Shown here: piece by piece, positions 36,031 through 48,741 of the stretch | Numbering within the stretch: position 1 is the stretch's first letter | Layout of the letters: every line of letters starts with the position of its first letter | DNA from: Callorhinchus milii | Taxonomy: Eukaryota | DNA: 64,000 nt | Direction of reading: 5' to 3' | Assembly: GCF_018977255.1 (NCBI RefSeq) | Contig: NW_024704743.1 | Coordinates: 106,084,001-106,148,000 of the forward strand | Program-made: the position numbers and the translations under genes | Notes under the pieces: model-generated | Databases searched by the model: none | The model's input: the letters and a program-made list of their open reading frames with translations, nothing else | What the model was told of the DNA's origin: nothing

Positions 36031-38649
36031 TATATAGCACTTTTCACATCACAAGGACATCTCAAAGTGCTTCACACAGCTGACTGGGAGCTTGAGTTGG
36101 GGTGGGGAGTGGGTGGGATGAGTGGGAGAATGCCAGACTATTTTATGCCATTAATGGCTTTTTTTTAGTTCAATCTTAGTTTCATTTTATTGGTACCATC
36201 CAATAGGTGTTAACTAATTTATTTTTGGCATTGGAAAGTTTTTGCTATTCTGAAAAATGCCACTAGGTGCTGTACAGCATCTTGTAACAAGCTAATGTTG
36301 TGAGCTCTAATAAGGATTTCATCCAACCCACAAAATGACACTTTAAACCATTTATTTGGTCTTAATTTTTTAGAACAATTGCAAAAAACAATTTAAACTG
36401 ACAGAGCATTGGCATGAGACCAGAGTGTAAATAGGATGACTTGTATCTGACAGTATTTAAACTGGCAAATGGAAAAAGACATGCATGAACCTGGGAACAT
36501 TTCATTAAAGCACATAACACAGAGATGCTAATACAAAATGAGATCTGACATTGAGGCAGGTTGGCTGAATGCCAAAAGCATAGACCTGCACAGAACAGTC
36601 ACTGTTAAATATATAGAGTCTAGGTGCAGCTTTCAATATCATTTAACCTGTGCATTTGTCTTATGAGCAATTGGCAATTACAAATGCATTTGTGATGGTA
36701 AACAGTCATTAAATCTATACATGATGAAGCTCATACCAATGCCTTTAAATCAAGATCTACAGGGGAGACAAAATTGATATTTTTAAATAGATCATTTAAT
36801 TTGCCAGAAATGATTCCATCAATCTGTGCTGCATGAAAAGATGACTATTGTTTGGTCTCAAATGTCAATGTTCATCATGAACCCACGGCATCAGACCATA
36901 AGAGTCTTTGAGCCCATAATCTCATTATAATTCTTCAGCTACAGTATGTTAAACTTGGATGGTTGTCAAATGCAAATCTCTGCAAATACAAACCACTGAA
37001 TTTTAAATAAACACAAACTTGTATTGTGCAGATAATTTTAGGTTTTTTGCGAAATAGGTTGAATGCTAGAATGCTAAACGTGTCTTTTATCTTTTATCTG
37101 CAAGTGGCTTAAAGTTTTATTTAGTCCAAAGTATTTTTTGATCGCAATAATTATGTTTAAGTGTGTAAAGTATCATAAATATATAAGAATATTAAAATAG
37201 TATAAGAAGGACATGTTTAATATTACACATCATTTTGTTTAACTGCCTTAGAACTCTATGTACAGAACATTTCTTTCCTAGTCTGATAAAATTAGTTATT
37301 CCCACAGGCTGTTTTATGATTTAACAGCTTGCTCATAAACTCAATAGGTGGAACTTTATCTGCACATTACAAGAGATCAAATATTCAGGTAATAAACCAC
37401 AGAGTGACAATTTTTTAGTGGAGTCACCAGGAATCATTGTCACGTTCAAAATAAGCCATTTTCATGGGATGCTAACTTTTGGTAAAACTGCACATACAGA
37501 TGCTTAAAAGTAAAAGAAATGTTACCAATCGAGAAATGAATGGTACAGCAGGACATCACACAGAATACTTTCAACTCTGGAAAATGTTATGGTTAGCACT
37601 GTAGCCAATTTGTATTGTTGCCTGATGACCCATTATCCACAGTATTTCTGTATCCACAATGTGAACATTTCAAAACAGTGCAGATAATGGACTCTGCTGT
37701 AGCGAGATTGAAATAATTTAGGTGCACCTTTTAAAACCTTAGCCACAGCCATTGAATGTCGAGCAGATCATGCTTGTTATTTTTGGGCCAGTTTAAACTA
37801 GTCACCTTGTCAAGCTTATGTGTATTGCAAGTTGCTACAAGTGATAATTGTTTAAAATCGAGCCCCAAATCAATGTACTAATAAAAGTTGAGTTTATGCA
37901 CTCTTAAACTTTTGACCTCATTAAAAAAGAAATCAGCGATTGAAAGGCTCGACACAATGCCAAGGAAGACATTCACACAGTGTTACATTACTTCAGACAT
38001 GAAGTGGTATTTGGTTTTCAGATAATGTGTCATGCTGAACTTTAGCATTGATTTTCATGTTGAATCTCTGCTTAAACATGTAGCATAAATTTTGTTTTGA
38101 GGCATTGAGTCTACTTTGGGTCCTGTTGTTAAATATAAATCAATGCAATTGTGTAATGTCTATTATTTTTATATATGTACTGCAGCTGATTCCAGCAAAT
38201 CTTTAAAAAAATAGATTTCAAATGTTTGTGGCCATTTCATCAGGCCATCCTTAGTGTAGCTGGTTGCCCTCTTTAAAAATATTGAAAAAATTAGTTGGCA
38301 GTCAGCTTAACTGTGTATCCACAGTTATCACTCTTCAGTGAGAACTTCTCTGATCAGATACATATGAATCAACTTTCCTGCTCCAAAACACTTTGCTGCT
38401 AGAATAGATGTCAAGTCATTTTCCAGCAATATAAAAATGTCATATGTTTAACAACTTTATTTCCCTTTGATGATGTGCACTTTTATTAAATTTTCTCATT
38501 ATAGATGTACATTGTTAAAGTCACTGAATGTAGTGACAAGTGGAATGATATGTTCTAAATTCCTTCTTGGGAAATATTTTTACACAGCACAAGCCAATTG
38601 TAGGTAATGTTTCTAGACTTATCAAAAGACATTTTTAATTCAAACCTCT

Positions 38650-39012
38650 TTGTATTTGATTTAGCACTTTTCATGTCGGGGGGACGTCTCAGACCGTTTA
38701 ACAAGATTTGTTGTAAAATGTAGTGACTGCATATTTTGTAGACACAGCAATATTCCACCAACAGCCATGAAATGAATGACCAATTTTATCTGGAATTGTT
38801 GACCAGGACACTGGAGAAAACATTATTCCCTTGAATAATGTCATGGGATCTTTAACATCCAGCTAAAAAGGCAGAAGAGACCTCAAATATCATCCTTAGG
38901 ACAGCACCTCTAACAATGCAGCACACCCCCATCAATATATTGGAGTGTCACCTTAGACTATATGAGTTCCATGTCCAAAAATGGGGTTCAAACCCACAAT
39001 CATCTGACTTAG
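38650..39012 (-). mobile_element. DeuSINE-like SINE
   Basis: Similar to 55757-56177 and 47712-48092. Confidence 0.75.
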
Positions 39013-39047
39013 ACACCCTGATGTCTTTTTGTATTTTATTTGCATAG

Positions 39048-39264
39048 ATTGATCTGAAAAACGCTGGAGATTTATATAAAATTCGCATAGGCCATGACAA
39101 TAGTGAGATGAATCCTAACTGGTTTCTAGAGAGTATCAAACTAAAGGAACTCAGATCTGGACATTCTACTATTATTCCTGTCAACCGCTGGCTAGCTGAA
39201 GATCTCGATGACGGGGACATTTGGAGAGAATTTCCTATTAAAAATCCTGGACAAACACTATCGA
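39048..39264 (+). CDS. rp1: Exon 24: PLAT D end (IDLKNAGDLYKIRIGHDNSEMNPNWFLESIKL...NRWLAEDLDDGDIWREFPIKNPGQTLS)
   Basis: ttgcatag|ATT...TCGA|gtgagt; phase 0 to 1. Confidence 0.94.
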
Positions 39265-39299
39265 GTGAGTACGTCTTTCTGTGCTATTATTTTTGCATT

Positions 39300-39415
39300 A
39301 CTTTTCTTGCTAACTAACATAGATGTTTGAGATGGTCCTGTGTTTAATGTTAATATATGTATTAACATTAAACACAGGACCATCTCAAACATCTATGTTA
39401 GTTAGCAAGAAAAGT
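39300..39415. repeat. Perfect inverted repeat, 56-bp arms, 4-nt loop
   Basis: 39300-39355 is the exact reverse complement of 39360-39415, checked base by base; loop TATG. Confidence 0.97.
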
Positions 39416-39527
39416 TTGCAATGCGCAAGGCAATGCCAATGTATTTTGTGTGTGTCCTTTAGTGATATAAATGTATGCTAAGTTAAAATCACTTTTTAAT
39501 TGCCTATTCTTTTGTTGACTGGCACAG

Positions 39528-39682
39528 CGCTGAGTTATCATATCGAAGTGTACACTGGCGACAAGTTTGAAGCATACACACTTCCAAATGTCTTCATCAA
39601 CATAATTGGTGAAAGAGGAGACTCGGGCAAGAGAAAACTACACCAGTCTTACAGCCATAAGACCCAGTTTAAGGTTGGACAG
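39528..39682 (+). CDS. rp1: Exon 25: PLAT E start (TLSYHIEVYTGDKFEAYTLPNVFINIIGERGDSGKRKLHQSYSHKTQFKVGQ)
   Basis: ggcacag|CG...CAG|gtaaca; phase 1 to 0. Confidence 0.93.
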
Positions 39683-40319
39683 GTAACACAATGGTTTCAA
39701 AAAGCATTCTAAGGTATTACATGAAAGGATTACGTTAAAGATTATGGGGCATGCAATTAAGCAAATTTTGGTTGCACGAATAGAGTGAAGGACAGAAAGC
39801 AAAGAGTAAGGTTAAAAGGAATGTTCTCAACAACAAAAACTTGCATTGATATAATGTCCCTCGCACAGAGTAGCGTCCCAGAATGCTTTCTCAGGTAGAA
39901 AGGTGAAGTAAGTGGTGTTTCACAAGTGTTTAGTTTTGAGCATCTCTTAATTTTGCAAGGATAAATTATCTGGAATTGGGAATTGGAACAATATTGAAAT
40001 TTACTAATTACACCAAATAAACAATATTGCAAATTATGTTGAGAATTGTGAAAGACTGTAGGAGATTATAGATAGGTTAGCAGGATGGGCAGCTCAGTGG
40101 AAGATCCAGTTAATGACGAAAAATGTGAGGCACAGTAGAACGCCAGTTATCCACATGTCAATTATTGTTTATCTGCATCAGGTTGTGTTGCTTAAGTGGA
40201 CTCAGAGCTGTGAGATAACATGTAGAAAAAATTGCATGCATATTGCAAGGTTGCTAGAAAATAATTTAATTACCATTCATCTTCATCTACCATCCACTCT
40301 GAGAAGTTCAACCATTTGA

Positions 40320-41782
40320 AAGAACAGAGAGATTTGAGGGTTCATATACGTAAATCTTTGAAGGTGACAGGACAGGTAAATAAAGCTGTTAAAAAAGCAT
40401 GCCAGACACTAGGCTTTATAAATAGGGGCATAGAATCCAAGTCAAGAAGTTATGATAAACCTTTACAAAACACTGGTTAGGCCTCCGCTAGAGTATTGTG
40501 TTCAGTTCTGGGCACCACACTTTAGGAAGGATGTCAAGGCATTGGACAGAGTGCAAAGGAGATTTACCAGAATGGTACCAGGAATGAAGAGAAGCTACCG
40601 AAGTTAAGATTATTCTCCTTGGATCAGAGAAGGTTAAGAGGAGACTTAATAGAAGTTTTCAAAATTATGAGGGGATTCGATAGGGTGAACAAGGAGAGAC
40701 TATTTCCATTGGAGGGTGTGTCGGTAACCCAAGGATACTGTTTTAAAATAGTTGTTAAAAGAAACAGAGGGGATCTGAGGAGAAACTTTTTCACATATCG
40801 AGTTGTTGTTTCAGAAATGCGTTGCCTGAAAGGGTGGTGGAAGCCGATTCGATAATAACTTTTAACAACAACAACAAGATTCCGTTTATAGAGCACCTTT
40901 CACGTCGGGAGGACGTCCCAAGGTGCTGGACAGTTGGGTCAGGACCCGAGCAGGGGGGAAATGGTCAGGGTGAGGGGAGGGAAGGGAGGGAGCGAGGAGG
41001 GGGTAGAGAGTCGAGAGGGGAGCTGAAGGTTCGGTCAAAGAGAAAGGTCTTGAGACCAGCCTTGAAGGAGGAAAGGGAGGAGGTGGCGAAGGCACTGGGG
41101 GATAGAGTTCCAGAGCCTAGGGGCTGAGAGGCTGAAGGCCCGGCCACCGATGGTAGGGCGGTTGGGGCGGGGGATGTGGAGCAGACCGGAGCCAGAGGAA
41201 CGGAGGGTACGGGCAGGTAGGTAGGGGGATAGTAGGTCGGAGAGGTAGGAGGGAGAATGGCCTTGTAGGTGAGGATGAGGATCTTGAATTCGATCCTCTG
41301 GGGGATGGGAAGCCAGTGGAGGCGAGCGAGGGTGGGAGTGATGTGGTCGCGAAGCCTGGTGCAGGACAGTACACGAGCTGTAGAATTCTGAATGACCTGC
41401 AGCTTGTGGAGGAAGGTGCTGGGAAGGCCGGCGAGGAGAGAGTTCCCAAAGTCCAGCCTTGAGGTGATAAAGGCATGGACCAGAGTTTCAGCAGCGTGAG
41501 GGGTGAGAGAGTGCCGTAGTCTGGCGATGTTTCGGAGGTGATGGAAGGCGGTGCCACTTGTGGCGCGGATATGAGGAAGAAAGGACAGCTCAGGGTCAAA
41601 CAGAACACACCGAGGTTCCTAACTGGCTTTGAGAGGGAAGTAGATAATTATTTGGAGAGAACAAGTTTGCAGGGCTATGGGGAGAGAGCGGGGAAGTAGG
41701 ATTGATTTGAATAGCACAGACACGATGGGCTGAATGGCCTCCTTCTGTGCTGTATAATTGTATGAATGTATGATTCTATGAT
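40320..41782 (+). mobile_element. CR1 LINE 3' part, split by an L2
   Basis: Close to 9410-9910; breaks at ...ATAACTTTT and resumes GAGGGAAGTAGAT near 41633; ATTCTATG tail. Confidence 0.9.
40864..41633 (-). mobile_element. Young L2 3' fragment
   Basis: CpG-rich, (CAA)n tail, L2 ORF2 C-terminal motifs on the minus strand. Confidence 0.9.
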
Positions 41783-42061
41783 TTCTCAGTATTTTGCCCA
41801 GAAAATATACAGTCAATTCAATTTACTGTATATTCTGTGAAGCACTTTGATACATCTCGAAGATGTGATAAGGCACTATATCAAATGTAATAATTATTAT
41901 CATTAACTACTCTATGTTTGATTCATCTTATCCAGTTGTTCTTTGGTATCACTTTTCATTATTGTTTCAGCTTCTCTAAAAGCAGTGAAATTGTTTGAGT
42001 AGATTGACTGTCTGGGTATTGTGAATAATGTTGAAACTCCAAAGTGGATGATTTCCATTAT

Positions 42062-42243
42062 AACAACAACAACAACAACAAGATTCAATTTATAGAGTGC
42101 CTTTCACGTCGGGAGGACGTCCCAAGGTGCTGTACAGTTGGGTCAGGACCCGAGCAGGGGCAAAATGGTCAGGGGGAGGGAAGGGAGGGAGCGAGGAGGG
42201 GGTAGAGAGTCGAGAGGGGAGCTGAAGGCATGGTCAAAGAGAA
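42062..42243 (-). mobile_element. L2 3' end, same subfamily as 40864-41633
   Basis: Near-identical to 40864-41043. Confidence 0.9.
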
Positions 42244-42694
42244 TATAAAGTGCATTTGTATTACTTCTCAGTCTACCACAATTATTGCCACTGTGTTCTT
42301 CTTCACTCTGCTCTGGTCTTTATTGAACACAGAAGTAGTTCAGTTCAGGACAGTGTAATTGGGTGCCATTGTTTTCATCATCATCTCCACAGTTCACTTT
42401 TATTCATACATACTCTAATAAGAAAACTATCTGATCTGTTTGCACTTTAATAGATTATGATTTAGCAGTACTGTAACATATATACACACATGTACAAATA
42501 TCTATATTTATATATACACACATATTAGATATATATTCATGCTCAGAGTCCACTTGAGACATCATTCTGTATGAAACTTGTATAATTGCAACTTGTTGTT
42601 ATTGTTGAGTATATGTGGGAAGGTCAGTTTTTCCCTGTAAAATTTACTTATTTATGAATCAATGTAAATTGATTTTTTCTTCCTTTCTCACCAG

Positions 42695-42773
42695 ATGGAC
42701 CAGTTTAAAATTGAAGCAGTTTCTCTTGGAGCGCTTGAAAAGATTGTAATTGGGCACGATGGCACCACACCAG
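42695..42773 (+). CDS. rp1: Exon 26: PLAT E (MDQFKIEAVSLGALEKIVIGHDGTTP)
   Basis: ctcaccag|ATG...CCAG|gttgtg; phase 0 to 1; 79 nt like exon 3. Confidence 0.92.
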
Positions 42774-43044
42774 GTTGTGTATAATCACTTGTGGCTATGG
42801 TTAAACTCTATTGTTATCTCATCCACATACAACTATATTCTCATCTGTCTGACATTACTGGAAAATGCTCAATTTCAGTCCAGGTTAGCTTGGGCAAAGG
42901 CGGAGCTGGTTTGCAAATTTTAACTTTTTTGCATGTTATATATCATATTATCTTTTTTTCAATTATTCTTTTTGCTATTTTTCTCACCAGATGTTTTCTC
43001 CCCCCCACCCCGCCCTTCTCTCTCTCTCTGCTTTTGGAATGACC

Positions 43045-43377
43045 TCCTCTTTCTGGGACTCTCAAGTGGCCATTATTCATATGTGAGTCTTGGCAGTAAG
43101 TGTTGGTCGACTACTCGACTGTACAGGATGTCACAGCCAAACTAAACTCACTCCACTGCTATGCATGCACTCAACCAGCAGGAGGCGCTGAAGCAGAATC
43201 ATTTGCAGAAACCATGGCTGTTTTCCCCCTTCCTAACCATGGAAAACCTATGCCAATTTAGCCTCCCAATGCAGCCCTGGCTCAGACCATTAAGCTAAAC
43301 ACAAGCTGGGAATCAAACCAGCCATTTCCTAGTCCATAACCTGCAGCTCTATTCATTACACCAATGGGGCTGCCCCT
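43045..43377 (-). mobile_element. Old tRNA-headed SINE, third family
   Basis: Minus strand starts GGGGCAGCCCCATTGGTGTAATGAATAG...GGTTTGATTCCC; head resembles 44910-44962. Confidence 0.5.
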
Positions 43378-43958
43378 CCGACATAAGTTTATCAAATCTA
43401 AGGAATCCAAACCATACAGGAACCCTTTGGGTTAGCAGAAGTATGTAAATACCAACCTGGGGAAACTCCCCTGGAATATGATGTATTTCATCATAGAATT
43501 ATACAGCACGGAAAGAGGCCATTCATCGTGTCTGTGCCGGCTCTTTTGAAAAGAGATATCAAAATCAATCCCATTCCTCCGCTCTCTCCTCATAGCTCTC
43601 TCTCTGCTCCTTCTCTGCCTTAACCTTTTCTGCTCCAAGGAAAACAATCCTGTTGTGAAGTTCCTTATGAAGGAATCCCATTAATAAATGCACAAAATTA
43701 GATACTAATATATTTCACAAAGGCACGGTCCATGGAGGAGAATGTAAAAACAAGAGATTTCAACCATTCATTGTGCTGATTAAAATGAAATGACTATGTA
43801 TTGTAGGCGAAACGCGGCAGCCAATTCCGCACAGCAGTGTCCCACAAACATTCGTGGATTGAGTGACCAAATTAAGTTTTTTTTTAATGAAATTATTCTA
43901 AAATATTATGTAGTGTGAAGTGTGATTTTATGCAAATGTAAAGTTTTTCTCTCTCCAG

Positions 43959-44040
43959 CTAGTGGATGGTTCCTTGACAAAGTTATTATCAAATATGAAG
44001 AGGATGGCCAGAAGCATAAATCTGTGTTCCTTTGCAACAG
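43959..44040 (+). CDS. rp1: Exon 27: PLAT E (ASGWFLDKVIIKYEEDGQKHKSVFLCNR)
   Basis: ctctccag|CT...AACAG|gtatac; phase 1 to 2. Confidence 0.93.
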
Positions 44041-44144
44041 GTATACAGTAAATTTAAAACAAGATCACAAATATGAAAATCAATGCTTGTATGCTGACTG
44101 TATGTGACCTTTGGCTACATACTAATGACTTATTGAAATGGCAG

Positions 44145-44200
44145 GTGGCTCGATATCACTCAAGGTGATGGAAAATCGGAGATAGAATTGATTGGCAAGC
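44145..44200 (+). CDS. rp1: Exon 28: PLAT E end (WLDITQGDGKSEIELIGK)
   Basis: atggcag|G TGG...AAGC|gtaagt; phase 2 to 1. Confidence 0.92.
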
Positions 44201-45765
44201 GTAAGTCTGATTATACCCCAATATTTATTTGTTAGAATAAGCAATAGAATGTATTACATTGTAAGATCAAAGAATAAAGCTACACACGTTTGGTGAAACT
44301 GTATTGTAGAAATGTTAATGAAATCTGTTGAAGATTACGTTAGTTTGTATAGAATTTGCTAATTTTTGATCTGAACGAATAGTGGTGAGATAATGTAAAG
44401 ATATAACTCTCCTTAAAGGGTGAGAGGGGGGAGATAGGCAGGGGTTTCCTTGGAGCTGAGCTCATTCCAAGATGACATGCTTGGCAAGGGAATGTCAGAA
44501 TTGAGTCAACTTTCTGTGGCAGTCTCACTACTGATGACAGTCGGCAAGACTTGGAGGGATAGATAAGTCCCTGGAAAGCAGGATTCTTCCCACTCAGCTA
44601 CAGTTTATTCCAACAAGTCAAAGCCCTAACGGATAGGGGAAAGTACTGGTACACTTGCCAGACAGTGTTCTCAATATAAGCTATGAGGTTGTAGCTGGTT
44701 AAATTCCAGCACTACCCCAATGTACACTCTTGGTTCCCCAAGCCTTGGCTGTCACCAACCTGTGCCTCGTATACTCCAGAATTAGTAAGCATAGTGTGTC
44801 CCTGCATGCTCCCCATCTGAGACCAGCAAACTTAGCACAGCCTAGGACCTCCTGGTTCAACAAAAACAAATTACATTTGTATAGCGACTTTCATGTCAGG
44901 AGAACATGAACTTATGGTTCACCATAAGTTATAGTGCTATCCACTGCACCATCAGAGCTGCCTCTCCATTCCAGTTTTGTAAATTGTTCTTTGGGAAATG
45001 TTTGGAATGAATGAACCAAATCTGTTCTGCAAGGGCTTAAAATGAACACACAAAAGTATAGGTGTTTTGTATGTCTGCCTGTTTCAACTTATGAGATCAA
45101 CCTCAAGATAGTTCTTGCTGTTGTATTGCTGCTCTAGTAATCTGGAGACTTTTTAAAATCATGGACCAAAAGTTTACAGATAGTCAAATACGTGTATCGC
45201 ACACAATCAGGAAGCCCTTCATTTAATAATCTCCTTAACTCTGAGCAGTCATTAATTGCAACGTTCCTCAACTAAAATAAATAATTATTCGCTTTTTCTT
45301 TTACAATAAAGACAGCCATTAGTGTCATTCCCAATTGTAGTAAACCATGCTTCACAACAGACTAAAATGTAATATTCCACGGGAGAATAAACATTAAAAT
45401 TTATACAATGCTCTGGGTTAAACATATAATACAATTGGTTGTTAGGAATATGCAATTTACCAGACTTATTTGGAATAGTATTGCAATGGGGACTATTTCT
45501 GAGCATAATGACCCTCTATTACAAAGCAATAATGCGTGCCTGCATTGCTAGCCAGCTTTTTTAGTCAATGCTACATAGCTACCAAAAGCTGATTTATAAC
45601 CATACCTACACATTATGAATTTATCCAAACTTCAAGTTAATGCTCCAGTTAAATGCTATTTTACCCATATGTTTTGTAATTCTAAAATAGGTTTGCAATC
45701 TCTGTCCTAATGTATTTATCACTGGTTCCTATTTTGGGACCATTAAAAATCCCTTTTATCCGCAG

Positions 45766-45808
45766 AAAAGCAGATGTATCTTGATGAGCACCCAGGCCAT
45801 GACAAATT
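45766..45808 (+). CDS. rp1: Exon 29 (tentative): linker (QKQMYLDEHPGHDKL)
   Basis: ttttatccgcag|AA...AAATT|gtcatc; gives the phase 1 to 2 change needed between exons 28 and 30, but the donor is weak. Confidence 0.4.
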
Positions 45809-45829
45809 GTCATCGCATTTTACCCTCAA

Positions 45830-47292
45830 CTGTGAGCTCTTGATGTGGTTCTTTGTCTCCTCATCTCATTCTTCTCTCACATCACCCTCCCCTCCTCCAA
45901 ACCCTTCACCATCCTTTTCCACCCGTGGAAAAAGATTTCCCCCGAGTCCCTCACAAACTCATCCTCAGACCTTCTCTCCCTCTGGCCTTCCACCCGCAGA
46001 GACCCAGACACAGCCGTCAAGCTGCTAAATGATCACTTTTCCTTAACCCGATACAACGGGCATCTCCCCTCCCTCAAGCCCAAAACACTTTTTACTCACA
46101 GGTGATTCTTGAGGCCAAAAACAACCCTAAAATCCTTTTTTCCACGACCCACCACCTCTTCCTCGCCCACCGCTCAAGCTGCCTCAATCCTCACTTCTGA
46201 TACCAAGTGTGAAGAGGTCCTGGACTTCTTTATCTCTAAAGTAGATAACATCCATTTGGCTGCTACACTCCTTTGCCTCCATCTCTCCTTCCTCCCTTTT
46301 CCCCATCATCACCTATATGACGCCCACCATCTGCTGCCTTGACTCCCTCCCCACCCAGCTTCTGGTCACTCAACTCTCCCTCCTCTGCCCACTGCCAGTC
46401 AATCAACAAGCAACTAGTCCCTCTCCTCAAGTTCTGTCCCACTACCCCTCAAAACCATTGTCATCACTCCTCTTCTTAAAAGAAATACCCTCGATCCCTA
46501 CAACCTCACAAACTTCAGACCCATCTTAAACCTACCCTTCTTGGCCAAAGTTTTCAAACACTACATTGCAAATCAACTTTGCTTGCACCACTCAAACCCC
46601 TCCAGTCGAGTTTTCACCCTGCCCACAGTGCAGACACAGTGCTCATCAAAGTAACAAATTACGTCCTCTCCCTCTGTGACCAGGGCTCCCTCTGCCTCCT
46701 TATTCTCCTGGACGACTCTGCCACATTCTACACAGTTGATCACGCCATTCTCCTCCACTCCCTCTCCTCCCTCATCCACTTTAATGGGATTGCACTCGTA
46801 TGGTATGAGTGCTACATAGCACCCCGCCAACAACACATCTCGGCAAATGGTTTCTTCCTCCCTCCCCTGCCTGGTCACTGCAGGATATCCCAAGGCTCCA
46901 TCCTTGGCTCTCTTCCTTATCTATATGCGGTGATGTCATTCACAGAAGTGGGGTCAACTTCCACATGTATGTGGACAACACAATCTTCCCTTCTCCAGCT
47001 ATGACTCCCAGTCCATTGATGTCCTGTCAACTTGTTTGATGGACATCAAGGTCTGGATTTGCGCAAATTTTCTACAGCTGAATACCGGCAGGACAGAAAC
47101 CATACTCTTTGGCTCCCGTCAACGTTTTCCTCTTCTGCGGGTCTGAACTCCTTAACCTCCCTTTTTGTTTGTGCTTACGGTCACCTTCTCCCCTTCCTCT
47201 GCCCTTGGATCGGCGTCAGATTCCTCCACTGTTAAGCACTCTGGGATACTACCTCGTGTGAAGGGCGCTATATAAATGCAAGTTGTTGTTGT
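45830..47292 (+). mobile_element. Degraded L2 LINE with internal deletions
   Basis: [34 protein letters not shown] (decayed YADDT); (GTT)n tail. Confidence 0.9.
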
Positions 47293-47711
47293 TTCAGTTC
47301 TGACAAGTTGGGATTCAGTTCCCCGCCATGGTTCCTGATATATTTTAATGTTAAATATGTTTCTTCTTGTGTTCTCATAAAGAGGGTGTCTGAAAATTCT
47401 ACTGGTAGATGGGAACCTACCAGATTCATTTTCGACATGAAAGTTTGTCTCTTCTAAAGAGAAACTCGGAGCCAGAGAGACTAGTATAGTTCAAATTATA
47501 CTAATATCTTCAGGCATTCATACTGCCTGGAGGATTTATTGTTTTTAAACCCCTTAAATCTTAGCCTCAGTTATGTCAAAGTCCTGGAGTTCAAACATTG
47601 TTTTCTAAATTTGGATGGCCTGCTTTTAGTGTTTAATATGTTCACCAGCTCCTATTTTCATTCTCTTTTTCAATTCCCTTTGAGTCCCTTGTGATTTAAG
47701 ACCCATTAGGT

Positions 47712-48092
47712 AATAATAATCACATTTGATACAGCACCTTTCATGTCAAGAGAATGTCTCAAAGCACTTCACAGGATATACTGAAAAATAGAATGATTGT
47801 GTATATCATGGGCAAACACGCCAGCCAATTTGCACACAGCAATGTTCCACAAACAGTCATGAAATGAATGATTATTTTTATCTGAGAAATTGTTGGCCAG
47901 GACACCGGGAGAAATCTCCTTCTATTTTGAAGAATGCCATGGGATCTTTAACCACCTGAATAAGCAGACGGGACCTCAGTGCAGCACACTTTGGAGTGCC
48001 AGCATAGTCAACGGTATGAGTTCAAAGTCCCAATATGGGGCTTAATTCCACAGTCTTCTGGCTCAGGGGCTAGAGTGTTACCAGTTGAGCCA
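47712..48092 (-). mobile_element. DeuSINE-like SINE
   Basis: Reverse complement of the copy at 48742-49258. Confidence 0.8.
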
Positions 48093-48398
48093 GGATGACC
48101 CACATGATAGAACGGACAACTCAGATATAGGAGGTAAGGAGAGAGAGTTCAATACAATGTTAGGAACATTAAAAGCATAGAGTAGTGATACGAGAAGTAC
48201 ATGACAGGCATGAATGGATGTGCTAAGAACAACAGATCCAATGGTATGATGTAGAAGAGCATTAGAGACATTACAACACCATAGCTTGGAAGTTTGCATA
48301 AGGCTGAATCAGAGACCTGCAGAGAACGAGAGAGAATAGAAAACAAATGAGGGAAGAGAGATCAGAGGCATCATTTTCAGATACGAATCTCAAAGACC

Positions 48399-48680
48399 AC
48401 AACAACAACAACTTGTACTTATATAGCGTCCTTCACACAGGGTAGCGCCTTAGAGCACTTAATAGTTGCGGAGCCTGACTCCGAGCTGGGGACTGGAAAA
48501 GGTGGCTGTAAGCACGGTCGACCAGGAAAGTTTTCAGGCGAGACTTGAAAGAGGGGAGAGACGGGGCAAGGTGGAGGGATTGAGGGAGAGTGTTCCAGAG
48601 TTTTGGGGCATAGTGGCTGAAAGCATGACCTCCGATAGTGGGGCGGAGGGTACAAGGGACGAGCAAGAGGCAAGAGGCCA
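48399..48680 (-). mobile_element. L2 3' end
   Basis: Minus ORF RPTIGGHAFSHYAPKLWNTLP; (CAA)n tail. Confidence 0.85.
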
Positions 48681-48741
48681 GCCATTAATTTCTTTCTTAA
48701 TATGCCTTGAATTAAATATTGTGTAAATGTGTAAAGGTATT

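Noticed and set aside
47383..47404. Alternative bridging exon between exons 28 and 30
   Set aside because: The needed phase 1 to 2 frame contains TGA
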